64,000 nt of DNA from Mobula hypostoma (taxonomy: Eukaryota), in assembly GCF_963921235.1 (NCBI RefSeq), contig NC_086097.1, forward strand, positions 248,188,001-248,252,000, read 5' to 3'. A program made the translations under genes and the position numbers. Shown here piece by piece: positions 50,388-63,479 of the stretch. The notes below the pieces were generated by a model. That model did not search any database, was not told where the DNA came from, and was given only the letters and a program-made list of their open reading frames with translations. The number at the start of each line of letters is the position of its first letter. The first letter of the stretch is position 1.

Positions 50388-50509
50388 ACACTTGATACTA
50401 CTAAGCAAATACAAAGCTAAGCACTCATTTCTATTTCCCAACGCGTGTGTGTTTGCGTGTGTGTGTGTGTGTGTATATATATTATACACAGAATATTTCT
50501 GTGGTTCAC

Positions 50510-53030
50510 TGTCTCAGGCAGCTGATGGCCTGGCATGCGAGCTGCTTGGCGTGCTGAGTGTGATCAGGACTGCATCAGGATGGTGTGGATACTGGGTGGG
50601 CCTGCCTTGGCAAGTACCTCAGTGTCAGGGATTCTGTCTTCCCACTTAATGCCGAGAAGCTTTCTGAGGCAGACTGTGTGGAAGTGGTTCAGTTTCCTGG
50701 CGTGCAATTGGTACACTGTCCATGTTTCACAGGCATAAAGCAGAGTGGGAAGTACTGTAGCCCTATACACCTTCTGCTTCATCGGTAGACTTGTGCCTCT
50801 CTGTTCCAGACGCTGGCATAAAGTCTGCCAAAGGCTTCACTTGCTTTGGCGATCCTAGCATTTACTTCATCATCGATGATGGTGCTCTGGGACAGTGTGC
50901 TGCCAAGATATGTGAACCTGGTCACTCAGGGGAGCAGTCTGATGCCAACCTGTTCACTGGGTTGACTCAAGGTATGATTTCCCAGGTAATGGCTGATGCA
51001 TTACTTCAATCTTGGTGTTGATGGTGAGGAAAAAGTTTAGAAAACTTGTCAACACCACACTGCATATCATCTTTGGAACCAGCATCGAGGGCAATGTCAT
51101 CAGCAAATAGGAAGCCTCTGATGATGTCTGTCATAACCTTAGTCTTTGCTTGGAGTCTCCTGAGGTTGGAAAGTATCCCATCAGTGCAGAAGCTGGCATC
51201 ACCGTCTCATAGAACATAGAACATAGAATAATATAGCACAGTACAGGCCCTTCGGCCCACAATGTTGTGCTGACCCTTAAACCCTGCCTCCCATATAACC
51301 CCCCACCTTAAATTCCTCCATATACCTGTCTAGTAGTCTCTTAAACTTCACGAGTGTATCTGCCTCCACCACTGACTCAGGCAGTGCATTCCACGCACCA
51401 ACCACTCTCTGAGTAAAAAACCTTCCTCTAATATCCCCCTTGAACTTCCCACCCCTTACCTTAAAGCCATGTCCTCTTGTATTGAGCAGCGGTGCCCTGA
51501 GAAAGAGGCACTGGCTAACCACTCCATCTATTCCTCTTAATATCTTGTATACCTCTATCATGTCTCCTCTCATCCTCCTTCTCTCCAAAGAGTAAAGCCC
51601 TAGCTCCCTTAATCTCTGATCATAATCCATACTCTCTAAACCAGGCAGCACCAGGCAGCATCCTGGTAAATCTCCTCTGTACCCTTTCCAATGCTTCCAC
51701 GTCCTTCCTATAGTGAGGCAACCAGAACTGGACACAGTACTCCAAGTGTGACCTAACCAGAGTTTTATAGAGCTGCATCATTACCTCGCGACTCTTAAAC
51801 TCTATTCCTTGACTTAAAAGCTAACATCACATAAGCTTTCTTAACTACCCTATCCACCTGTGAGGCAACTTTCAGGGATCTGTGGACATGTACCCCCAGA
51901 TTCCTCTGCTCCTCCACACTACCAAGTATCCTGCCATTTACTTTGTACTCTGCCTTGGAGTTTACCCTTCCAAAGTGTACCACCTCACTCTTCTCCGGGT
52001 TGAACTCCATCTGCCACTTCTCAGCCCACTTCTGCATCCTATCAATGTCTCTCTGCAGTCTTCGACAATCCTCTACACTATCCACAACACCACCAACCTT
52101 TGTGTCATCTGCAAACTTGCCAACCCACCCTTCTACCCCCACATCCAGGTCGTGAATAAAAATCACGAAAAGTAGAGGTCCCAGTACAGATTCTTGTGGG
52201 AGACCACTAGTCACAATCCTCCAATCTGAATGTACTCCCTCCACCACCACCCTCTGCCTTCTGCAGGCAAGCCAATTCTGAATCCACCTGGCCAAACCTC
52301 CCTGGATCCCATGCCTTCTGACTTTCTGGATAAGCCTACCGTGTGGAACCTTGTCAAATGCCTTACTAAAATCCATATAGATCACATCCACTGCACTACC
52401 CTCATCTATATGCCTGGTCACCTCCTCAAAGAACTCTATCTGGCTTGTTAGACACGATCTGCCCTTCACAAAGCCATGCTGACTGTCCCTGATCAGACCG
52501 TGATTCTCTAAATGCCCAGAGAACCTAAGCAGATGAATCACTGTCTGGGTCTCGACTAAGTTCAGTGGATCATCCATTGCAGGTACTTGGGGAGCAGGCA
52601 ATCGATTGTTTTGTCATTTATAGTCAAAGAACAATTCAGAATATTGTTAAAATGCTTAGCCCTCCTGCAAAAAATGTTCCTTTTGTCCACGGTCAGCGTG
52701 TTCCCATCAGCACCAGGGAGAGGGGATGACCTTGATGATGTAGAGCCGTAGACTTTTTTTAGTGCAGCGTAGAAGTTCTTCAAACCATCCCTATCTGCAT
52801 ACACCTGGATCTCATCAGCTTTATTACTCAGCCAGGATTCCTGTATCTGGTGTGGTTTGTGTTGTATGGTACTCGTATTTATTGAAGGCATCCATCTATG
52901 AGATGGATTGGGGGTCGCTGAGGAAAGGTTTCTGGAGATGATGTTTCTCATCCAGCAGCTGTTTGACATTGATACAGGTTTCAACAAATCAGCCCTTGGG
53001 CTTTCTGGTAGCAGGGTCAGTGAGGATTGT
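50510..53030 (-). mobile_element. RTE-clade LINE, degenerate, interrupted by CR1
   Basis: KVYRATVLPTLLYACETW (50564-50782), FLFADD at ~51100, and WLSNKADEIQVYAD...KVYG (52562-53071). Confidence 0.8.
51207..52518 (-). mobile_element. CR1 5'-truncated copy
   Basis: ORFs 51795-52601 and 51277-51735; (TTCTATG)n tail; a 10-bp tandem duplication CCAGGCAGCA at 51641-51660 shifts the frame. Confidence 0.9.
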
Positions 53031-53159
53031 GATGGATAAGTTGTCACCAACATAACATGACCACAACTCACTAACCGGAATCAGAATCACCTTTATTTTC
53101 ACTGTCATATGCTGTGAGGTTTGTTGTTTTGTAACAAAAAATACTATAAATTACAATAA

Positions 53160-53540
53160 GGAATCATCGTTATCATTACACGCCGTGTTGTATGATGTGG
53201 GTCCCATGACCATGATTGTTCTTGTCAGATTTTTCTGCAGCAGTGGTTTGCCATTGCCTTCTGAGCAGTGTCTTTTCGTGACGGGTGACAGGTGACTCCA
53301 GCCATTATCAATACTCATCAGAAATTGTCTGCCTGGTGTCAGCGGTCGCATAACCAGGACTTGTGATACGCACCAGCTGCTTGGACAAACATCGACTACC
53401 TGCTCCCAAGGCTTCGTGTGACCCTGATCGGGGGTCGGGGAGGGTTGCCAAGCAGGTGCTGCACCTTGCACGAGGGTGACCTGCCGGCTAGCGGAGGGAA
53501 GGAGCGTCTTGCACCTCTGTTAGAGACCACCCCGCCACCC
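53160..53540 (-). mobile_element. RTE-associated SINE-like element (third copy)
   Basis: Colinear with 19616-19967. Confidence 0.7.
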
Positions 53541-53934
53541 TACAATCAGAAATATATATAAAAATTAAATGTAGTGCACTTTTTAAAATTTTCTAGGATG
53601 TTGAAGGACCTGAGTTAAGATAAAGGTTAAATAGGTTTGGTCTTTATTCAGCAGAGTGTAGAAGAACACTTCAAGTTTAAGACAGTGCCAGTGAACCTCA
53701 ATGACTTCTGGCTGATGGCTAACGAGAAAAGCAACGCTATTTGCTTGCGGTGACTGTTTACATGAGGTTTTTTCCTCATTGCGCATTGGTGTTCAACAGT
53801 TTTCCTTTTTACGAGTTTTATTCTTTTCTTTTTTTATGGGTTCCTTTTCATGGAAATGATGTGGTTTTTATTCTCTGCACGTTGGACGTTAGACAAGTCG
53901 TCCCTCATTCTAAGACCCAGCCGCTGCTGCATTG

Positions 53935-54120
53935 ATACGTGTTTTATATTTGTAATTAATTTAGATCACTTTGTAGAGATCTGTTTTCACTGTGACACAG
54001 AAGAGTCCTTTTCTGTTGATCAGTGTCAAAAAAGCCAGATTAAATCCTCTGTGATTCAATCTTGTAAAACAATAAAACATGAAAACTTCCAAGGGAATGA
54101 ATACTTTTTATGGGCTCTGC
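53935..54120 (+). mobile_element. Tc1-like right end fragment (different family)
   Basis: Tc1-type terminal region ending tgaatactttttatgggctctg. Confidence 0.5.
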
Positions 54121-55524
54121 AGGTATGTGATTTTTTTTCTGGTGTCTTTTTTCATGGCTGCCTGTTCAAAGATGAAACTCAAGGTTGTATAATATATGTG
54201 TATCTTGAGAATAAATGTACTTCGAACTTTGAAGAGTGAGGGGAGATTTGGTAGAGGTGTCCAGAATAGGGATATAGATAGGATAAATGCAAGCAGGGTC
54301 TTCCCACTGAGATTGGATTAGAGCTCATGGGTTAAGGGTTAAAGGTGAAATGTTTAAGAGGAACTTCTTCACTCGGAGGGTGGTGAGAGTGTGGACCAAG
54401 CTACCAGTACAAGTGGTGGATATGGGTTCAATTTCAACATTTAAGAGAAATTTGGATAGGTACGTAGATGGGATGGGTGTGAAGGGCTATGGTCTGGGTA
54501 CAGATGTAGCTGGTCATTTCTCTCCATAAATGCAGTCTGACCTGCTGAGTTCCTCCAGCATTTTGTGTGTGTTTCTCTGGATTTTCGGCATCTGCAGAAT
54601 CTCTCGTCTCATTGATCATGTGTTTGGTTACCTGGTGTAACCTCCTTTTGAACTAAGCTGAATATCCCCGGACTGTTTCATTAGTCACACTTAATATCAG
54701 AGAAATATATACAATATACATCCTGAATTTTTTCTTTGTAGACATTCACAAAATTGTCCCAAAGAATGAGTTAAAACGTTAGAACCCCAAAGCTGTCCTA
54801 CTCCCCCCTCCCACGCACAAGCAGCAGTAAAGCAACGACCCTCCCGATCCTCACCCACTTCTGTAAAAGAAACGTCAGCACCCTTTACCACCAAGCAAGC
54901 AATAGCAAAGCCCCCAATAAAGACCATGATCTGCAGTACAACTAATCATTCACCCGATAATTTAACATGGCACAGGCTCTCTCTCTCTCTCTCTCTCCCT
55001 AATAAAGGGAAAAGGGGTGTCCCCTTTCACAGTGAGAGGGGAGACATAACAAACTAGCGTTAAAAGTCTGTTGCGAAACTTTTTTCCCTGAGTTCTGAGT
55101 CCCAAAAATCGGCAACAATCTCTCACCCACCAGCAAGAGAGAGAGATTGTTTCAAAGACTCTGCGGTTTGATATTTAATATTCTGATTGTTGTTCTTTAA
55201 TTTTTTTTCCATTTGCACAATTTATTTTTTTTTGCGCGGTGGGTTTTTAATGTTTTCTTTGAGCAGGTTCCACGGTGTTTCTTTGTTTTGTGGCTGTCTG
55301 CAGGAAGACAAATCTCAGGGTTGTATACTGCATACATACTTTGTACTTTGACTTCTTTGGCTTGTTTGATTGCAATCGTGCGAAGAACTTTGGGACGTTT
55401 ACTGGGCTATACATACTCTGTAAATTAGAGTAGAATTCCGGAGCCTGTCTTTTCCAAATCCTCAAACTTTTGAGGGAGGCAGGACCTGTCCTGGACATGG
55501 CACGTAAGTGCAATTGTGAAGAAA

Positions 55525-56140
55525 GCACAGCAGCACCTCTTCTTCCTTAGGAGTCTGTGGAGATGCGGCATGACGTCTAAAACTTTGACAAGCTTCTATA
55601 GACTGGCTGCAACATGGCCTGGTAGGGAAACACCAATGCCTTTGAATGGAAAATCCTGCAAAAAGTAGTGGATTTGGCCCAGTACATCAGGGGTAAAGCC
55701 CTCCCAATCATTGAGCACATCTACATGAACACTCTCACAGAAAAGCAGAATCCATCATCATAGGTCCTCACCATCCAGATCATGCTCTTTACTCACTGCT
55801 GCCATCAGGTAGAAGGTACAAGAGCCTCAGGACCCCTACTATCAGGTTCAGGAACAGTTACTACCCCTCAATCATCAGGCTCTTGTACAAAAAGGGGTAA
55901 CTACACTCAATTGCCTATCCATTGAGCTGTTCCCACAACCAATGATCTCCCTTCGAGGACTCTATCTCATCATCTCATGTTCTCATTATTTATTACTATT
56001 TATTTATATCTGCATTTGCACTTGTTGTCTTCTGCACGCTGGCTAATATTTCATTGATCCTGTTATAGTTACTATTCTATAGATTGGCTGAGAATACCTG
56101 CAGGAAAATGAATCTCAGGGTTGTATTTGGTGACAGATAT
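55525..56140 (+). mobile_element. Rex1/Babar 3' fragment
   Basis: Degenerate DUF1891-like C-terminus and 3' UTR. Confidence 0.7.
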
Positions 56141-56150
56141 GTACTTTGGT

Positions 56151-56452
56151 GGGAGCACGTGGCCAAGTGGTTAAGGCATTGGACTAGTGACCTGAAGGTC
56201 ATGAGTTCAAGCCCCAGCCGAGGGAACGTGTTGTGTCCTTGAGCAAGGCACTTAATCACACATTGCTCTGCGACGACACTGGTGCCAAGCTGTATGGGTC
56301 CTAATGGGTCCTAATGCCCTTCCCTTGGACAACATCGGTGTCGTGGAGAGGGGAGACTTGCAGCACGGGCAACTGCTGGTCTTCCATACAACCTTGCCCA
56401 GGCCTGTGCCCTGGAGAGTGGAGACTTTCCAGGCGCAGATCCATACCTTTAA
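56151..56452 (+). mobile_element. tRNA-derived SINE with a CORE-like block (copy 2)
   Basis: A box 56160-56170, B box 56203-56213; TSD TGTACTTTG at 56140-56148 and 56455-56463. Confidence 0.8.
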
Positions 56453-57829
56453 TGTGTACTTTGATATTAAGTTTACTTTTAACTTTGAACCATTACATGT
56501 GACAAATAAATTTAGAATCTGATCATGTACAAATTCCAAATTCAATGAGTTCAGCATTTTTCGGGGTGGAAATGGTGCAGCGTTCCCTCAGGTGTGTGCA
56601 GTGCTCTGTGGATTTGCAAGTCCCAATGCCATCAATGCAAATGTTTCAGGAATCTCGCCTGACTCAGAGCCAGATTCACCATCTGGTTCTTCGTTCAACT
56701 GAAGATGAACAGAACTTTCCCCAACTGTTATTTAAGATGATGTGAAGCGATACCATCAGGTGGTGACTTTGACTGTTAACTTCAGGCAAGCGGGGAGAGC
56801 TGAGATGTTTGATTAGCTGTGATCTCGCATTTTTGTGCTAAGACACAAGGTTTTGCGCAGGAATTTGTATCAGGTTTATTATCACTGGCGTAATGTATGT
56901 CATGAGAATTGTTTTGTGGCAGCAGTGTATGCCACACCCTTGTAAACCGCTTTGACAGATGGGCTAAACCAAGTGAGGGTAGCCGGCAGCCTTGTACCCC
57001 AATGAGTTAGGGATATACCTGGCCTAGTAGGCAAAGTCAGCTCCAGCAGACCGGGAAGATGAGATCTACAGCGAGATGCAACAACCAGAAAGGCAGTACT
57101 GCAACACTCCATGAGAGCAAAGGACACAACAAGGCACCGAAGATCACTGTTTCGAGCCCTGCAGGCCTCTGCAGTGAACCGTAGATAGAGCGTTGGGCTT
57201 CTAGGATCTGGATTTACTAATTGTTGTCTTAATGAGAGTCACTAAGCCCTTGTGCTTTCTATTTAATCTGGTCAAGTTCATTGTGACTGGCAAGGGTTTT
57301 CCGCGTTCTGTGATTATTTAAAGCGGACTCTCAGTTAGCTCTCATCGCAGGATCCTTGTGTGTTTCGAGAATGATTTATCGCCCAGCGTTGCTCAGTTAA
57401 GCCACCGAAGTTCACTTGAAGCCCCGATGAAGAAACTCTTGTTTCTGTCTCAACGTGGGAGTTTGTCGTTCCTCTGCACCTGGGCTCAGTCATCTGTCTT
57501 TGCACACCGTGACTATCTCATGTGAAGTCATCTCCGGCAAACTGGGTGGATGAGATCTACAGTGAGAGCCAATGGCCAGGCAGGTGGTGCTTCAACGCTC
57601 TGTGGAGTGTGAAGGGCACGATGAGCCACAGAAGACTTCATGGTCATCCCCTGCAACCAAGGAAGACCTCAGTTTGCGATGCCTGCTTGTACCACTGGAC
57701 CCGGACTTCTGAGGTCTGGAGAGTGGAACTGCCCCAGTACAATGGCTTTGCCACTCTTTAAAAACTCTCCCTCTCACAGGCTTTCTGTCATCATTGGACT
57801 CAATGGACAAACCATCACAGTGCAATACA

Positions 57830-59145
57830 TTAAAAATTACTATAGGTCACAATAAGAAATATAGAAATAAACAAATAAATAAATAGCCCAAACAGAAAGC
57901 AAAATAGTGGGTTCATTGTCCCAGAGGTGAAGAAGCAGTTTCCTAAAACACGAGTGCGTGTCTTCAACCTCCAGTACTTCCTCCCTGATGGTAGTGATGA
58001 GAAGGGGACATGTCCTGGACGTGAGTGTCCTTAATGATGGATGCCACTTTCTTGAGACCTTGACGGTGGGGAGGCTAATTGCCATGATGGAGCTCCCTAA
58101 GTCTACAACCCTCTGTAGCTTTTTCTGCTCCTCTGTAGTGGCCCCTCCATACCAGGTGGTGATGTAACCAGTCAGAATGCTCTCCATGGACAGCTAGAGT
58201 CCTTGGTAACATACCAAATCTCCTCAAACTCCCAATGCAAAGTAGTAACTGCATGCCTTCTTTATGATTTCATTAATATGTTGGGTACAACATAGATCCT
58301 TTGAGGCGTTGATGCCCAGGAACTTGAAGCTGTTCATCCTTTCCACTGTTGACCTCTGGAAGAGGTCTGGTGTACTTCCCCTTTCTGAGGTCCGAAATCA
58401 GCTCCTTGGTCTTACTTACATTGAGTGCAAGGTTGTTGTTGTGACACCACTCAGCCAGCTGATCTGCTTTGCTCCAGTACGCCTTCTCACCACCTTCTGC
58501 AATCCTGACGTTAGTTGTGTCATCAGCGAGTTTATACAATAGAAGGTGTTTGGGCTGTGCGTGGCCGCACAATCATGATTGAGGTGGGAGTAGAGCAGTG
58601 AGCTGAGCACGTGTCCTTGAGGTCCACCTGTGCTGATTGTCAGTGAGGAGGAGATGTTATTTCTGATCTGCACAGTGTGGTCTCCTGGTGACGAAGTCAA
58701 GGATCCAGTTGTAGAGGGAGGTACAGAGGAACAGGTTTTGGAGCTTGCTCATTAGAACTAAGGATACAATTTTTTTGAACACTGAGCTTTAATCAATAAA
58801 CAGCAACCTGACATAGGGATTACTATTATCCAAGAGAGACGAGGCCAAGTGGAGAGCCAGTGAGATTATATCCACTGTAGACCTATTGTGGCCAGAGGCA
58901 AATTGCAGCAGGTCCGGGTCCTTGCTTAGGCAGGTGTTGATTCTGGCCATGACCGCCTTCTCAAAGCACTTCATCACCATACATGAGTGTTGCTGTGGTA
59001 GCTCTCCCTATTGTCCTTGGGCACCGGTATGATCGATGCCCTTTTGAAGCAGGTGGGAACGTCCGACTGCAACAGCGAGAGATTGAAGATGTCCGTTAAC
59101 ACACCATCCAGTTGGCCGGCACAGGTTTTCAGTGCCCTGCTGGTT
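57830..59145 (-). mobile_element. Rex1/Babar LINE, degenerate RT to C-terminus
   Basis: ORFs 58974-59168, 58789-58980, 58416-58700, 58273-58572 (YKLADDTT) and 57840-58187 are consecutive frameshifted RT pieces. Confidence 0.85.
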
Positions 59146-60045
59146 AGACCATCAGTGTCTGACAACAAGATGGCACTGGAGATGTGTGCTGACGTTTTGC
59201 GGGCATCTCACAAAACTGCTATCCATTCTACTAAACATATTTCTAGACTGCAATCACTGTAATCCGGAGCCTGTAATTTCCCTTTGGGAAGTGTAGTTTT
59301 GAAAAGACTGTACAATCTGTCGTTTTAGCAGTCTCCTGAAGGACTTGGTGAACTGGACTCTGAAGAGTGTAGGTATGGCTATCATCGTGATAGCCGACTT
59401 CCAGCCAGAATGAAGCAGATTGAAAATGAACTAGCTGATACAAGGACCGAGCAAGATTAAAAAGGTTAAGATGTCGAGATGAGGGTGGAGGATGAATTGG
59501 TGTTTAGTTCACTTCTCCTTGACAGCCAGGATCCTCCATCTACCTGGGTTTGACCCACTTCCCTCTCTTCTTGCTGCTACCATTGGGCTGTGGTTCAGGA
59601 GTCTTGGGTCCACACCAGCAGGTTCGGGTGGAGTTGTTGTCCTGCGGCCATCAGGTTCCTGGACCAGCTTCACTTACCTCGGTGATAAACTGGCTCCACA
59701 GCTGTGAACTCAGTTTCTGTGTTTGTTTGCATGATTTCTGCATGTCAGATGTTTGCCGACCTTTTCGTGGATTCTATTGTGCTTCTTTGTTTTTTGGCTG
59801 TCTGCAAGAAGATGGATCTCAGGGTTGTATATGGTACACATAGCTTGATAATAAATTTACTTTGAATTTTGTACCTTGTGTGAGGGTTCAACCTTCTGAA
59901 AGATGTTCTGACATTGGCCTCTGAGGGTGTGATTGATTTGAATGCTGAGCTGTAATCAATAAAAGCTGCCTGGCGTAGGTGGTGCATTCTGCATGCAGAA
60001 AGCGGTTGCAGTGCTGTGAAAGGGCACAGTTGGGTTCGTGTACAG

Positions 60046-60126
60046 CAGGGGATTCCAAACGTTTTTTATACTGTGGACCCTTAACATTAACCGAGGGGTC
60101 TGTCGGCCCCAGGCTGGGAACCTCTG
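60046..60126. mobile_element. hAT-type mini MITE (~80 bp)
   Basis: TIRs caggggattcc and gggaacctctg; sister copy at 60817. Confidence 0.6.
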
Positions 60127-60361
60127 ATGTATGTGCTTCTGTCTGCACTGTATATTGGCCGTGGGGGAGGCGTGGGCAGACTGAGGCTGGAGGCTGGAGT
60201 TCCTGGCTTTGGTTGCCAGAGGAATTGTTAATCTCAATAGCCCCACGAGGCCCAAAGATTTTTCTTTGAACTCTTCCTGCTTCATTGAATTTCTTTTCTT
60301 GTTCTGCATTGTTCAGGAGAGAGCCAGTTCAGCGTGTAAACATTGCGTTTATGTTAATTAG

Positions 60362-60808
60362 GAGAAATTCTGCAGTCGCTGGAAGTCCGAAGCAGCACAC
60401 ACAAAATGCTGGAGGAACTCAGCTGGTCAGGCAGCATCTGTGGAAATGAACAGATAGTCGAAGTTTTGGGCCATGGCCCTTCTTCAGGGCAGGGAAGGAA
60501 GGGGGAAGATGCCAGAATAAAAAGGTGGGGCAAGGGGAAGGAGGCTAGCCTGGAAGGGGATAGGTGAAGCCAGGTGTATGGGAAAGGTCAAGGGCTGGAG
60601 AAGAAGGAATCTGATCGGAGATGTGAGTGGACCATGGGAGAAAGAGGAGGAGGAAGGGACACGGGGGGGGGGAATAATAGGCAGGTGAGAGGAGGTAAGA
60701 ATTAGAGGTGGGAATAGAGGAAGGTGCGGGGGGGGTGGAGTGGAATTATTTACTAGAAGGAGAAATCGATATTCATGACATCAGGTCGGAAGCTACCGAG
60801 ACAGAATA
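60362..60808 (-). mobile_element. Penelope-like 3' end with a degenerate hammerhead
   Basis: Antisense ILSR.LPT/DVMNIDFS endonuclease tail and pLTR; cCTGAAGAagggccatggcccAAAActtcgact at 60456-60488. Confidence 0.75.
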
Positions 60809-60816
60809 TGCTACAG

Positions 60817-60896
60817 CAGGCGTTCCCCATCTTTTTTATGCCTTGGACAGCCACCATTAACTGAGGGGTCTGTGGATCCCACGTCAGGAATGCCTG
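60817..60896. mobile_element. hAT-type mini MITE with 8-bp TSD
   Basis: TIRs caggcgttcc and ggaatgcctg; TSD TG(C/T)TACAG at 60809-60816 and 60897-60904. Confidence 0.7.
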
Positions 60897-61776
60897 TGTT
60901 ACAGAGACTAGAGGAAGCTGTACAAAACACAAATGCCAGTCCTTGTTTACCTGACAGGCAGGTGTGTGATTTCTTTAATCTTGCCAATCTTTTGGGAGGA
61001 CTGCCACAATATTCCACCTCAGGCAACTGGATGTCAGATCAGTTTTCCCTCGTTGCCTTCCTGTTGCCAAGCGCAGAAAGCAGTATTCGTTGTGATCTCT
61101 CTCCTTCCTCATCAGGAGACCACAGTCTGTGTGGATCAGAAATAACATCCCTTCCTCTCTGATGATCGGCACAGGTGCATTTCAAGGTTGTCAGCTTATC
61201 CCACTGCTCTACTCTCTCTACACATGATTGTGTGGACAAGCTCAGCTCAAACACCATGTATAAATTCACCGATGACACAGCAGTTGTTGGCAGAATCTCA
61301 GATGGTGACAGGGGAGGTGAAGGCGAGTGCGGTATAGACGTAGGTGTTGACAAACACCCAAACGTTACGTCTTCTCAGGTATTCTACATCTATCCCACTG
61401 TTTACACAGAAACAGGAATAGGGCGCTTTGTAATCGAGATGAGAATTACCTGTCCCATATACATGGAAATGCATTGTTTGCATCAAAATCAAATCAGCGA
61501 GTATTGTTCTGGGGGCAGCCTGGAAGTGTAGCCATACTTTGGATGCCAACATAAGACACTAACCCTAACCCACTTGTCTTTCTTAAGATGGTGGTGTGCC
61601 CGGATACAGCAGCCTCTCCAGGTCCAATCAAAGGTGTTTTTGTTGGTCTTGTACGCCTCTTTTACCATCGCAAGTTCAAAGTAAATTAATTATCAAAGTA
61701 CATACATATCACCATGTACAAGTTTGAGATTCATTTCCTCGTGGGCATAAGCAGTGTATATATAGTAAATATATAT

Positions 61777-62248
61777 TGTAGCTAGGATGCCTAAGACCCT
61801 TACACAGTACAGCATTTGTCAACATGAAGCAAAGAGTGAGTTTGTAGTCTGGCTAGAGGAAAGGATGTTGGGATGGTGAGGGTGGAGCGATGTGGGAGGG
61901 GTGTGAAACAGCTGGTAGAGAAGGAGGAGAGCCGGTGGTGTGGTGCGGTGTGGGTGCAGACACACCCAGCCCTGAGACACCAGGCGAGGTCATTTGATTC
62001 CAAACAATTGGTTTATTGATCATTACAGAATGTCTCTCTGGTGCTTCCTGCTCCCTTCCCCATTTTCCAGCCATGATTCTCCCTCTCCCTGACCCCTTCC
62101 CACTCTCAGTCCACAATAGAGACCCAGATCAGAATCAGGTTTATCATCACTCACAAATGTCATAAAATTAGTTTTTTTTATAGCAACATTACAGTCCAAG
62201 ATATAAAATTACTACAGTACTATGCAAAACTTAGGCATCCTAACTATA
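61777..62248. mobile_element. MITE-like composite (copy 2, inverted relative to 16447-16908)
   Basis: Same inverted ends and same ~400-bp interior. Confidence 0.65.
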
Positions 62249-62703
62249 TTTGGGCACAGGAGTACTTTCAGCCAGAGACTCATTCCTCCAAGATGCAACA
62301 CAGAGCGTCATAGGAAGTCATTCCTGCCTGTGGCCATCAAACTTTACAACTCCTCCCTTGGAAGGTCAGACACCCTGAGCCAATAGGCTGGTCCTGGACT
62401 TATTTCATAATTTACTGGCATAATTTACATATTACTATTTAACTATTTATGGTTCTATTACTATTTATTATTTATGGTGCAACTGTAACGAAAACCAATT
62501 TCCCCTGGGATCAATAAACTATGATTATGACTATGACTATATAGAGTATGGGTCTCAGACTTTTTCACTGGACTGTGTATCTGTTGCCCATTTTGAACTT
62601 TTATTTACATTCACTTCAAGTAGGAAATGGATGTTCATTTTACGCTTAGTGATCGACAGGCTGCTGTCTCTATCTTCCAAGTGCCAGTTGTGCCTCTGCC
62701 AGT

Positions 62704-63296
62704 GCGGCACGGTAGGGTAGTGGTTAGCACAACGCTTTATACTTCAACTCCCGTCGCGGCCTGTAAGGAGTTTGTACGCTCTCCCTGTGACCGCGTAGAG
62801 TTCTCTTGGTGAACATAGAATATAGAAATCTACGCAGTCACAGGGAGAACGTACTAACTCCTTACAGGCCCTTCGGCCCACAATGTTGTGCCGATCATGT
62901 AACCTACTCTGGAAACTGCCTAGAATTTCCCCAGTTCATTGCCCTCTATTTTTCTAAGCTGCATGTCCCTATCTAAGAGGCTCTTAAAAGACCCTTTTGT
63001 ATCACCACCGTCACCGGCAGTGCATTCCGTGCACCCACCACCCTCTGAGTGAAAAATTTACCCCTGACATCCCCTCAGTACTTATTTCCAAACACCTTAA
63101 ATCTATGCCCCCTCGGGTGCTTCAGTTTCCTCCCACAGTCCAAAGATGTACCGGTCGGTAGGTTAATTGGTCATTGTAAACTGTCCTGTGATTAGGCTGG
63201 GATTAAATCGGGGCATTGCTGGGCGGTGCCCAGCTCGAAGGGCCAGAAGGGCCTGTTCTGTGCAGTATCTCAATCAATCAATCAATCAATAAATAA
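62704..63296 (+). mobile_element. V-SINE (HE1-like) interrupted by an antisense CR1 3' fragment (~62812-63112)
   Basis: The V-domain stops at ~62811 and resumes at ctcgggtgcttcagtttcctcccacagtccaaag (~63113). Confidence 0.8.
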
Positions 63297-63479
63297 AGAA
63301 ACTTTCCCCTTAGGGGAAAAAAAACTGTATTTTTAGCATTTGTGGTAGACAGTTATTTTCTGTCAAATACTGAGAGGGTCGCAGGTATGTGTTACAGGCA
63401 CAGGCCATCATTAACTCTGCTGAGTTTGACAACATAAATACCTTTGAATATACAGGTTTAGTACTGGTTAGAAGTGATG

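Noticed and set aside
56151..56222. tRNA gene (also 44535-44603)
   Set aside because: The A/B boxes continue into a SINE body with a TSD; these are SINE heads, not tRNAs.
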